Positions 1 through 11,627 of a stretch of DNA of 37,448 nucleotides are shown here, piece by piece. Below the pieces are notes generated by a model. That model was not told the origin of the DNA and ran no database searches. It saw nothing but the letters and a program-made list of their open reading frames with translations. The DNA is taken from the NCBI RefSeq assembly GCF_001194135.2, contig NC_068987.1, forward strand, positions 95,491,082-95,528,529, read 5' to 3'. Each line of letters opens with the position of its first letter. Position 1 is the stretch's first letter. This stretch comes from Octopus bimaculoides (Eukaryota). The position numbers and the translations under genes are program-made.

Positions 1-174
1 TTAAGAAGAATTTAAGTGGACTCTGTTGGAATTTCCGAAAATTGTCCCCCACCCCCATTCCAAAACATTCGGATTCTACATAGTAAATACTATATGCATA
101 GAAAATTTCATTAAAAAATATTCATTTTTCTGAAAGTTATGACCTCCCAAAGTCTGGGGGGCTAAAACCCTGTA
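1..174. mobile_element. Possible end of a Tc1/mariner-type MITE, cut by the window edge
   Basis: Ends in ACCCTGTA (167-174), the reverse complement of the TACAGGGT terminus common in Tc1/mariner-type elements. The other end is not visible. Confidence 0.3.
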
Positions 175-556
175 GTTATGCCGATAAATTTTCGTATTTC
201 ATTTTGCTGGGAAGAGTTTTCTCCCTTGTAACATATTTTCGAAGTCTATCTTCAAACTAAAACGATGGTGTTAGCAACTCTTCGCATTTTAAGAAATAGC
301 AATTGAATTTTTCACAAATATCATCTCGCTATTCTAGAAATAGTTGAATATACCAATTATATACACATTAAGCACAATGTATCTCTGTAATGGTTCTGCG
401 TTTCAGATCTTTTTGGCTTCCTGCAAGAATGCGAAAGATGACCGTCTTAACAGAAGAGCTGGTTATGAACGAAATGAAATGGTGGTTTCTCTTCTCGCCC
501 TTGACATTGCATAGTGTCCCTAGCTAAGGAATCTGATTTAGAGTAGGTATAGCTTA

Positions 557-892
557 CTAAGACGGCGATTTGGCAGAATCGTTAGTGCGTTCGATAATAT
601 ATTTTGTGAAGGCGGCGACCTGGCAGAAACGTTAGCGCGCCGGGTGAAATGCTTAGCGGTCTTTCGTCTACCACTACGTTCTGAGTTCAAATTCCGCCAA
701 GGTCGACTTTGCCTTTTCTCCTTTTGGGGTCGATGAAATAAGTACCAGTCATGTTCTATGCACGAGGTAATTGGCTAGTCCCCCTCGCCTTGTGCCAATA
801 GTAGAAAGGCGTGAAGGCGGCGAACTAACAGAACCGTTAGTATGCCGAGCGGCATTTCTACTGTAGGCCATGTGCCTATCATTGAAAGGATT
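557..892 (+). mobile_element. Cluster of three family A tRNA-derived SINE copies: head fragment, near-full copy 608-809, internally deleted copy 813-892
   Basis: A-box-like GGCGACCTGGCAGAA, B-box GAGTTCAAATTCC, body GGTCGACTTTGCC...GGGGTCGAT..AATAAGTACCAG. The same sequence recurs more than 15 times in the window. Confidence 0.8.
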
Positions 893-1338
893 GTTACGGA
901 CAACGTTATGCAGAACATATTTCTTTATCTCATAACTTGGCTAATGTATACTCACCCTCGCTAATTAGGCTGATGGAGCAGAATTTTAATCTGTTTTATA
1001 TATCTTCCTAACCTACATGAAGAATTAACCAAATATATAATATCTGACTCATTAGAAATAGCAGCCAAATCCCTTGAATGATATCCGAATTTCTTTAAGA
1101 ACAACAGCAACAATTTTTGTTGGTCAATACATTGGTCAATACATTTCTAAAGCCAATAACCCCGTCATGTTCAAAAATAACAAAAATAACCAAAAGAAAA
1201 AAATAGAAAAGAAAAAGAAAAGAAGAAACAACTCTAAAACAAATCGGTGCAAGTCAGCCTCGGAATGCATTTGGTCATGTGTTGAATCAAAACTGAAATC
1301 AAGTTAAACACCACCACCACCAACAGCAACAAAAATCG

Positions 1339-1416
1339 ACAGTTCTATATTTAAGAGATGAGGAATTATGTACATTATTTACATTTGACGGATATTTGTT
1401 CTCATCTTGCTTGTTG
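1339..1416 (-). mobile_element. 3' tail fragment of family H SINE, reverse orientation
   Basis: TACATTATTTACATTTGACGGATATTTGTTCTCATCTTG is the near reverse complement of 1812-1852. Confidence 0.6.
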
Positions 1417-1616
1417 CTTGTGGGATGAAGTTAAAATAATAGATAGAGAACACCACTGGAAAATATGAAAACTAAAAGAAGCAGCACATATGCTAGGACA
1501 CAACAACCTCCTAAGCAGACCGAGTGCAGATATGAACAGCATATGGGAACCGGTATTAAGGAAGGATTGGGAACTATTAGATTTATAAGCCCAAAAATTC
1601 ACCCCGTAATTGCCCA

Positions 1617-1853
1617 CGGGCATATAGCATACAGGTTAAGAGCGCAGGCTACTACCCCCAAGATTCCGAGTTCTATTCCAGGCAGTGGCCGGAATAATAA
1701 TAATAATAATAATAACATCGAAAGATACCTTAGGAATGAGAACCCAGCTTCGAAATTTCTCCAAGAAGGCTGAGGGGTGTATCAGCCGAAATGTTGTGTT
1801 AACAACAAACAAACAAGATGAGGAGAAATATCCGTTAAATGTAAATAATGAAC
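1617..1853 (+). mobile_element. Family H SINE: tRNA-like head, internal (AAT)n, and tail with hammerhead-like stem II and GAAA
   Basis: A-box-like TAGCATACAGG (1625-1635), B-box-like GAGTTCTATTCC (1668-1679), (AAT)n 1693-1715, hairpin GGCTGA/TCAGCC (1768-1787) followed by GAAATGTT. Confidence 0.65.
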
Positions 1854-2715
1854 AAAAATTAAGTTTAGTTTTTTTTGTTTTTTTGTTTGCATCTTTGAAG
1901 AGCTATATTATCATCATCATTGGCGGTGCGTTTAGGCCTAAAATATTTCTCTCTCTAAGAATTGTATGATTACAAACAGGAATAAAATTTCCTGCTGTCA
2001 TTTTATAAAAACATTTCCATCAAACCATGACTTTGGAAAGGTAATTTATCCAAGATTCCTGCTGTTCTAACAGCATCTCTGCGTTCGAAAATAAATAATT
2101 ATTTTATTTGTATTTATATACACATTTCAGCGTTTATAAAAAAACAAATGTTAGTTTGTTTATATTTATACATAAGAATTTCTGTTTTTCTTTCCATTCC
2201 CATTGATAAAAAGATAAATTTTCGTATTTCATTTTGCTGGGAAGAGTTTTCTCCCTTGTAACNNNNNNNNNNGAGAGAGCTTGCAGAGAATTTCAGCCGC
2301 TAATGAGAGGTGGAAAATTATATAGTGATATATGGCTTGTAGGAATTGTGAGAAATTGTGCAGTAATATGTGATAAAAAGAAGTGAAAAATTGTATGGTT
2401 TTGCTATCAGATTCACAGTGCGATTTTCATAAGAAGGAAACATTGTCCACTGTAAGTAAACAATCATAACATCGTTTTTGTAGCATTTGATGACCTAACC
2501 AAACGACATCAAACTGTCACTTATATAGAAATATGTGTCAGTTAGGAGTGGTCGAGAATGGTGTTTAGAGCAGAGGTCAGCGGGGTGAATAGAAATGTAG
2601 AGTAGTTAATGACAGGAAGTAAGGAGATGAGCGAACGTTAAGCATAAGTAAAACTGCACATATGTTGCACATTGTATGCAGTTATATATGTATGTCCAGT
2701 ATAAGTAGAATTGGT

Positions 2716-3035
2716 GAAGGCGCGTGGCTTAGTGGTTAAGGCATTCGGCTTACGATCGCAAGGTCGTGAGTTCAATTCCCAGCGATGCGTTGTGTCTGAG
2801 CCAGACACTCAATCTCACGTTACTCCAGTCCACTCAGTTGGCAAAAATGAGTAGTACCTGTATTTTGAAAAGCCGGCCTTGTCACACTCTGTGTCACGCT
2901 GAATCTCCCTGAGAACTCCGTCAAGGGTACACCATGTCTGTGGAGTGCTCAACCACATGCACGGTAATTTCACGAGCAGGTAGTTCCATTGATCAGATCA
3001 ATTGGAACCCTCATCGTCGTAACCCTCATCGTCGT
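2716..3035 (+). mobile_element. tRNA-derived SINE with family C-like head/CORE-like middle and family B 3' tail
   Basis: Head GGCGCGTGGCTTAGTGGTTAAGG...GAGTTCAATTCCC. The tail from about 2872 matches 23324-23475. A 15-bp tandem duplication AACCCTCATCGTCGT lies at 3006-3035. Confidence 0.8.
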
Positions 3036-3758
3036 ACTAGTATATACAGAACTACATTCAATATATACAACCATGCAGTACTTGTTGAAACATTTACACG
3101 TAGAGATACATCTACAACATGCAACAACAAAACCATTTCTCTTTAGAGCGGAGGAGATGAAAATGGAAAACAGAATCAAAGGAAGTTGAGGTGTATATTT
3201 AGGCCATGTGGAGTAGAAGTTCTCAGGTTAAAGATAAGGCATTTTTTTTTTCTTTCATTAAAGTGTTACAGGGTGAAAAAGATCATTGACTGCGGGGTGG
3301 CCAGAAAAATTACCGGGTACTAACTGTGTGTTTTACGGACGTTTCCGTTTTACGGAAGTGCTCAAGAAAACTAACACAGGATGAATATAAATTTATTTGT
3401 TTAATAAAATCTGTGAATGAAGTCCCAAATCATTTCTTTGTTAATAGTGATGTCGATAAAGACTACAAAACCTATATAACTCACAATAATTTTTTTTAAG
3501 GTGGACAATACTCCTTTCTTGCGCAAATCGCGTTATGAATCTGGCAGAAATACCTCTGTAGTATTTGTTAACAGCCTCCATAAAAATCACTGAAACTGAT
3601 TGCAATTTGCATAAGTTGTATTATGGATGATATAATATAACCTTTGTCAGGACCTTTCTGACAGCAACCAATTTTCGACTGTTGTTGCATTTGTTTCTCT
3701 CCGGTAGCCTTCATCATACATACCTAGTAGTGATTTTTCTGTATTTCTTTTCATACAA

Positions 3759-3856
3759 ATCAATAACAACGCTATCCAATACGTATTTGAAAGACAGTTG
3801 TCTATACATATCAATAACAACACTATCTAATATATATGTGAAAGACAATTGTCCAT
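3759..3856. repeat. Two-copy 51-bp tandem repeat
   Basis: ATCAATAACAACGCTATCCAATACGTATTTGAAAGACAGTTGTC at 3759 and ATCAATAACAACACTATCTAATATATATGTGAAAGACAATTGTC at 3810. Confidence 0.85.
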
Positions 3857-5363
3857 CGCTTCTTGTTCCCTCGAACGTTCATTATTTCTTAAATAGTAAC
3901 CGATAATAACGTCTCGACTACAGAACTCTGTGATCTACATATGAAACACTCTTATACAGACGTTCTAACTTTGAAAGTATTCCTGCATAAGTATTGTTGG
4001 TGACGGGAAATGAACGGATGATTGAACCTAGTAAGAATAGAGGACGACTAAGCTCTTGGATGGCTCCATGTCGAGACTGAACTTCTAGAAGAATATAATT
4101 TGTAAGGAACTTATGATTGACTAGTCCTTCAATTCGGTTCACCCAAGGTCTTATTGTAGCAATTTAGTAGAAAACGTTCTTGTTGGTAAGTACGAAAAGA
4201 GATAATCACTATTAGGTCCTTTTTCAATAAAAGATATGTCTGATCAGGACTACGAGAGAAAAACAAATACAACAGTCGAGATAGGTCCTGACCAAGGTTA
4301 TATCATGTTGCCCATAACACAAACTTATGTAAACTGTAGCCAGTTTTAGATGAGTACCTGAACAAATTCCTGAGAGAATTGTTAAATTGAGCATGCCATG
4401 CTTGTCATGCATATCTCTTTTACAAAACCCACAGGGAAGATAAAAATTGCCTGCTTGCTGCTGCTCATTTTCGCCATTTTTGTAGAGATGGTTAGTAATA
4501 CTCTGTGTGACATGCATTTGGTCTATCTTCCACCTCACTTGACTACCTCCGTTCCACTTCTCTTGATCTCAATCCTGTGCTTCTTTGGCCCATTCTATCC
4601 ATGTCCCTCTATTTTGAGGTTTTATCAATCATTCTTGCTGCTTTGTAACCTATAGAGTAGAACGCTGCGTTATAGACCGATGGACTTATGAAGGTCCATT
4701 TCTTATTCAATAAGTACGTGAGCCCAACTAAACTCATCTATCGAGAGATTTTCAGTAACAGGGTAACACAGCCCATCCTTGCGTTCAGTTTTCTCGAACC
4801 GTGTACAGTGATTCAAGACCAGTTAGTGGAAGTGAACTGTTATCCAAAGTTTAACTCTAATTATGCGCTGGCTTGTCCAATATTCTGTTATTATTGTAAT
4901 AATCCGCGGAAGGTTCCTGGTATTAACACAGGTCACTGTGAGGTGTTCATCCAGATCTCAGTGTTTAGAACTTGGTTACATCATGATTTCTTATATTTCT
5001 TCTGGATCAGTGACAAAATTAAATTGTGTTCGACAGTTAATAATCTCGTTAATAACTGTTTGCATTCACTTTATGAACTCTGTGACATTCAAGCACACTG
5101 CTGGACATGCTAATGTTCTCGGGACGTGTCTGAAAACACGTCAAGTGATTGACAGATATGATCCGCGACCTCAGTGCGTGCTTACGTACTGAGAAAAGAG
5201 GTAAATCATATTTCGGTTAAGGGCATACAGAGAGGCAAAACTTTTCACTAACAGGTGTTTTCGAGAGATAAACTACTTCTGATCGCAATTTCCACACAAC
5301 GGAAATGTCGTCAGTCAGTGATGTATAATCTCTACAGGATGTTAAATCTGCTACTTTCTGACA

Positions 5364-5378
5364 TGTGTGTGTGTGTGC

Positions 5379-5424
<46 letters not shown>

Positions 5425-5434
5425 GTGTGTGTGT
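5364..5434. repeat. (GT)n microsatellite
   Basis: Read directly from the sequence. Confidence 0.95.
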
Positions 5435-5542
5435 ACACACGCACAAATACACATTCTGAAATCCTTAATTTAATCCTCATGCAGAATGCTAACGCCAATT
5501 CATAGCCACACATATACACTTTACTCATTTACCGAAATGTCG

Positions 5543-5732
5543 ATGGCAGCGAGCTGGAAGGAGCGCTGGACATAATTCTCAGTGGCATTTCTTCAATCTC
5601 TTTACATTGTTACGTTCGAATTACGCCGAGGTCGACTCTGTTTTTCATCGTATCGGAGTCGATAAAATAAGTACGATTTCGACTTGCCCCCTTTCTCAAA
5701 ATTGCTAGCCTTGTATCAAAATTTGAAACCAT
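5543..5732 (+). mobile_element. Diverged family A SINE
   Basis: GGCAGCGAGCTGG head and GCCGAGGTCGACTCTG...GGAGTCGATAAAATAAGTAC body. Confidence 0.65.
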
Positions 5733-6323
5733 TCGTAGAAATACTTACAACAGCGACTAGTACAGACACAAGGACATATGGCATGTGTGTATGTATGTAT
5801 GTATNNNNNNNNNNNNNNNNNNNNNNNNNNNNNNNNNNNNNNNNNNNNNNNNNNNNNNNNNNNNNNNNNNNNNNNNNNNNNNNNNNNNNNNNNNNNNNNN
5901 NNNNNNNNNNNNNNNNNNNNNNNNNNNNNNNNNNNNNNNNNNNNNNNNNNNNNNNNNNNNNNNNNNNNNNNNNNNNNNNNNNNNNNNNNNNNNNNNNNNN
6001 NNNNNNNNNNNNNNNNNNNNNNNNNNNNNNNNNNNNNNNNNNNNNNNNNNNNNNNNNNNNNNNNNNNNNNNNNNNNNNNNNNNNNNNNNNNNNNNNNNNN
6101 NNNNNNNNNNNNNNNNNNNNNNNNNNNNNNNNNNNNNNNNNNNNNNNNNNNGGTGTAAAGAAAGAACACAAATGGATTGAGGTTTGCTACAGCTGTTTCA
6201 GACACGTTTTTGGTGAATAAACTGATTACATCATGAAAAAAAAACCCCGTTTTCTTTAAGTGAATTAAAAGCTTAAAATTTAAAATTTGATTCTGAAAAT
6301 ATATCAAGATATGGAATGTGTGT

Positions 6324-6504
6324 TACCTTTTAAGTCATTTGACTGCGGCCATGTTGGATCACCGCCTTTAGTCGAGGAAATCGACCCCAGAACTTATACT
6401 TTGTAAGCCTACTACTTATTCTATCGGTCTCTTTTGTCGAACCAATAAGTTACAGGGACGTAAACACGCCAGCATCGGTTGTCAAGCGATGTTGGTGGGG
6501 ACAA

Positions 6505-6537
<33 letters not shown>

Positions 6538-6700
6538 CTACAAGCTTCTTTCAGTTTCCGTCTACTAAATCCACTAACAAGGCTTTGGTCGGCCCGAGGC
6601 TATAGTAGAAGACACTTGCCCAAGATACCATGCAGTGGGACTGAACCCGGAACCATGCGGTTGGTAATGAAGCTACTTACCACACAGCCACTCCTGTGCC
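6324..6700 (-). mobile_element. Family D tRNA-derived SINE with internal (CA/TA)n tract
   Basis: On the minus strand: GGAGTGGCTGTGTGGTAAGTAGCTT head, GGGTTCAGTCCC B-box, CORE-like ATCTTGGGCAAGTGTCTT, and tail ATGGCCGCAGTCAAATGACT. Confidence 0.85.
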
Positions 6701-6724
6701 TGTGTGTGTGAGATTGTGTATGTG

Positions 6725-6780
<56 letters not shown>

Positions 6781-7770
6781 CACACACACATATTACATAT
6801 ATAATTATGTGTCTGTAAAAAATATGTATTTATTTGTATTTATGTATATATATATATATAGCAATGTTAAATATATATATATATATACGTTTGTATTTAT
6901 ATGTATATATATGAATTTATATGTATATATACATATATTTTATGTTTGTATGTACATACATGTGTGTGTGTGTGTGTGTTGCAGAATAAAATGGGCGTAG
7001 ATTTTTTTAAGATGGTAGTTGAAAATACCCTCTTAAATATTTTGATATTGCTTTTCCTGACATCACAGGATTAACATTATATGGTTCGTGTGTGATCTCA
7101 AGTGCTTCACCTAACCCTAACGCTCTCATCATTAGCTACACGCCCACGATGAAATGTATTACAGTAGAAGAACCACAGGAAGAATTATGTTTAGTAACTT
7201 AATGCATTAGCTATTATTTTCCTCAAGTGGATTTTGTTATTTAGTATCAGAAACTATACGGTGTCGACTAAATAACAAATACATGCATCCTCGTTTATCA
7301 CGGTTGTTTGATTAAAAATCAAAAACGTGATAACTGAATCAGTGATAAAATCAGCGATAAATGAACAATAGAACATATGAGAAAACTAAGCTTCGTTCCG
7401 AGACCACAAGTTGTCTTGGGCGTTGTGGATGGTCTCTGAGCGCGTTTTTGTGATATATGTAAAATCTTTGACTGATCGCCGACCCGCATTATTTCAGATC
7501 AATCCGTAGTAAGTGTAACATGGTCCAAATTTGAGCGTACCTTGTTATCACAGATCAGTGATGGATGGATCACTTATGAATATACTTTTTAAACTCTGAC
7601 TTCAAATCGGACCAGACCAGGATTGAATTTGGCTTCTACCTCTCTAGACTCGAATCACCAGTCCTGGAGGCAATTTTCTTAGAACATTTTATTAGGTTGT
7701 CAGATAAACTTGTCCGGTTTTTTTTTTACCTCCATTTCTTTTAATGCTTTCCAGCGTTATTTGAATTAAT

Positions 7771-8133
7771 CTTTTACCTTTTACTTGTTTCAGTCATTTG
7801 ACAGCGGCCATGCTGGGGTACCACCTTGAAGAACTTTTAGTCCAACAAATCGATCCCCAGGCCTTATTTTTTTTAACTGTCTAGTACTTATTTTATCGGA
7901 GTCTTTCGCCGAACCGCTATGTTATGTGGTCGTAAACNNNNNNNNNNNNNNNNNNNNNNNNNNNNNNNNNNNNNNNNNNNNNNNNNNNNNNNNNNNNNNN
8001 NNNNNNNNNNNNNNNNNNNNNNNNNNNNNNNNNNNNNNNNNNNNNNNNNNNNNNNNNNNNNNNNNNNNNNNNNNNNNNNNNNNNNNNNNNNNNNNNNNNN
8101 NNNNNNNNNNNNNNNNNNNNNNNNNNCAAACAT

Positions 8134-8164
<31 letters not shown>

Positions 8165-8318
8165 CGACGGCCTTCTTTCAATTTCTGTCTACCAAATCCA
8201 CTTACAAGGCTTTGGTCGGCCCAAGGCTATAGCAGAAGACACTTACCCAAGGTGCCACGCAATGGGACTGAACCCAGAACCATGTGGTTGGGAAGTAAGC
8301 TTCTTACCACTCAGCCAC
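7771..8318 (-). mobile_element. Family D SINE whose internal microsatellite falls in an N gap
   Basis: Collinear with 6324-6700 on both sides of the 7938-8126 gap. Confidence 0.85.
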
Positions 8319-9588
8319 GGCTTTTTAAGCTTTGCTCTTCCTTTACTACTTTTGTTTATCGTGTTTTAAATTTGGATCAATTTCATGAATAACTTTTTTT
8401 TTCATAAATATAACAATATAGTGCCAAGTGTGTGTGGTGGGGTGGGAGGTGTAAACGAACGTATTTTTTTTAACAACAAAAATATTTCACTAAGTGAGGA
8501 GGATGGGAATTTGGTTTCAACAAGTTGATGAAAAGACAGTTGGACTCCATTTCCGATGTATTGAGTAGAGAGAAATCTGAAGTATTAGTTACATGCTATG
8601 GATTGTACTTTTGACTAACAACTGTCATCGTTTTCGTTTCCTCATATCACATTCCTGGTAATGAGAAGACTGCAAATTAAATATGTTAAGAGTTTGACAC
8701 AACTCTTCAGTGCACAAACCCGTGTTTTTCTTTTTTTCTTTCTAAATTTATAACTTACAGAGGAAAAGATGGTCCTCAAGACCGCTTTCCGGTCTTCCTA
8801 CACGTATGGGTGGAAGATTACACAAAGTTATCATAAACCAGAAATTTAGCTTGAATGCATGCTTTAGGATGGACTCCGCTAAGGGCGTCAACTGGAGAAG
8901 TATCCTGGCTCGGGAAGGAAATTCGCATGGGGTAGGATGGGGATGTAAACCCAGGTCCAAGTTTTTTTGCAAACAAAGTCTTAGTGTTTTATTTATTTAT
9001 TTTCGTTTGTTCTTTGTTCTTTGAGAAGAAACCTGACGTCAAGCTACTTTTTACAGATCGCTTCTTACTCACTGTTTTCTGAACCTAAGAAAAGTATTTA
9101 GGGGTGGGTGCAAAGTTTGATTCTGCACCCAGAAACATTTTAGGAGGTACGCATGCATCATGCATCCTCTGCACCCCCTGTTTCTGAACCCATGGACAAG
9201 TGGTGGCGTTAAGCGGAGCCACGGATTAAATCTGTCGCCTATGTTAAGTACTAGCCGACATCATTTTGAAATCTTGGTCAACAAGTTTCAGAATCTGCGC
9301 GAGAAAAATTAGGAACAACAGATATGTGCTACGTATCGTGTACTGAGCTTCAGATCAGACAAGCAGCTGTTGAATCGTTAACCCTCACACTTAGTGTTAG
9401 CCTAAGCTCATTTACAACGAAGTGGGATCAAATAATTGTATTTAACTCATTTAGTGGGACCTGTGGAGAATCAACTATTTATAAAATTTCTTATTTTTAT
9501 TTTGAAGCATAAAGTTTGAAGTATAAAGTTTGAAGCATATTGTTTGATTTTAATTGAGTTTTTACCTGTAATTTTGGATTTTGTCCCT

Positions 9589-9626
<38 letters not shown>

Positions 9627-9684
9627 ACACATCAGGCACTCACAGACACACACACACACATATTCACTCGCGCTCACACACACA

Positions 9685-9805
9685 CACTCGTAAGGTATTG
9701 GTCGGTCCGGGTCTATACTAGAAGACACCTAGGGTGCCGTACAGTGGGACTGAAACCGAAACCATGTGACTTCAAAACGGGCTTCTTAAACACACAGATA
9801 TAGCA
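9685..9805 (-). mobile_element. Family D SINE 5' half, diverged
   Basis: TAGAAGACAC...CAGTGGGACTGAAACCGAAACCATGTG matches the family D head in reverse. Confidence 0.6.
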
Positions 9806-9989
9806 TGTTTATAACAATGAACTAGACAACAGCTTGAGATTGTTGAAAAATTAGGATTGAAATATCTCTTGACAAGGACAATGAGAAGCCCTTTAACCCC
9901 TTGGGGGTCGTTGAGGCGCTGCAGCCATGCAGCCCTTCTTGGGCGAGAAAGCCTGGCGGAACCCCTCCCTCTCCAAGCTAAACTGATTT

Positions 9990-10116
9990 CTACAGCTGGA
10001 GCAACGTGAAATGAAGTGTTTTGCTCAAGAACACAATACATCACCTGCTCCAGGAATCGAAACTACAATCTTATGATCGTGTGTCCAACATCCTAACAAC
10101 TAAGCCATGCGCCTTC
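9990..10116 (-). mobile_element. Family C tRNA-derived SINE head and CORE-like region; GC-rich 9855-9990 is a possible tail
   Basis: Minus strand GAAGGCGCATGGCTTAGTTG...GTTTCGATTCC...TTCTTGAGCAAAACACTTCATTTCACGTTGCTCCAG; matches 28485-28603. Confidence 0.7.
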
Positions 10117-10499
10117 AAACTATAAACGACACCTCACACCCTTTCTCAATTTTTCGGTTAAATACTGGTTGAAACAGCTTTCCTGATCTCCGAAAGACAT
10201 TGAAGCCACCTCTGCATAAACAAGACGATAATAGTCGTCTATACAGAATCACCTTATTTTGAACACGGATCTACCGTTAAATGATATGCTGTTTATCATT
10301 TAACGATCCAAGTCCAGCATTGGAAAATATTACAGAATAACTCAATAGGTCAAGATGGTAAAATTGATATGAGATCATCGTTGGTGATACGTTTCATGGA
10401 TGAATTATTTTGTTACTTGTAAGGAAATTCTATCAATTATACCAATTATATTAATCGGTGTCGGGACTTCGTTTGAAGTGCAGTCCATATTTGCAAGGA

Positions 10500-10955
10500 A
10501 AGGACGGTGAGCTCGCAGAATCGCCAGCACGCTGCGCAAAATGCTTAACGGTATTTCGTCCTTTTTTACGTTCTGAGTTCGTATTCTGCCGTGGTCCACT
10601 TAACCTTTCATCCTTTCGGAGTCGATAAAACAAGTACCAGTTGAATACTGGGGTCGGTGTGATCGACTTACCCCAACACCTGAAATTGCTGACCATGTGC
10701 CAAAAATTGATCATCACATTAAGGAGTCATCGTACTAGTCAAGAATCCTAAGGCAGTACTGTTAGCACACCGGACAAAATGTCTCACGACTTCGTCTGTC
10801 CTTACGTTCTGAGTTCAAATTCCACCGAGGTTGACTTTGCCGTTCATTCTTTCGGAGTCGATGAAATAACTATCAATCAAGTATTCAGATGGATGCAATC
10901 GAGTTACCTCTCTCCTCAACATTTCTGGCCCCGTTCCTTTAGTGGAGAAGATTAT
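10500..10955 (+). mobile_element. Two tandem family A SINEs (10500-10712 and 10749-10955)
   Basis: Both carry TACGTTCTGAGTTC and TTTCGGAGTCGAT..AA motifs. Confidence 0.8.
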
Positions 10956-11510
10956 TAATGAAATCGTTTTGCTTCGGAAAATACTTCTCTGGTTTATATT
11001 TTGCAATGGAAATTTTTTTTCACTTTTTGATGCCCTTTGAAGTAACAAACGAATACATACTGTGGCAAGCAAAATAATATTTTAGACGCATAGAGAGAAT
11101 AACAAACTGAATAAAATATGCTATAGGAATAAAAAAATAATGAGTCGATACTGAATTTCTTTTTTTGTTCCACGAAAATAAATAAATAAATCATCACCAT
11201 ATCTTGCTTAAGTATTAGCAAATGAATTGAGGGTATTAATTAGAGATGTTTATTTGTGGGCGTAGAGAAAGAGTTGTTTAAATAACTCGGAAATGCCATC
11301 CGTGCAATAAATAAATGCGAATGGATATTCAATACAATGAGAAGACAACAGAAAGAAACATTATAAGTAGATGACTAATGCTCGTTTTTCTTAATTTTTT
11401 TCCAGTACATATACGAAACAAGAAAGGCCATATTTCATTTTACTGCACATCCTGACGGATTCTGGGTCAAGTTGCTGTCTCGGCTCAGAAGTTTGTTTTC
11501 TAACTATATG

Positions 11511-11627
11511 ATTCCGGATTCAATCCCACTGTACTTTATCTTGGGAATGTATTTTTATAGTGCCCTCGGGTCGACAAAGGCATTGCAAAGGAAATTTGGT
11601 AGGTAGAAACTGTGTGGAAGCCTATCG
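11511..11627 (+). mobile_element. Diverged family D SINE fragment
   Basis: CCGGATTCAATCCCACTG...CCCTCGGGTCGACAAAGGC...ATTTGGTAG...GAAACTG. Confidence 0.5.
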
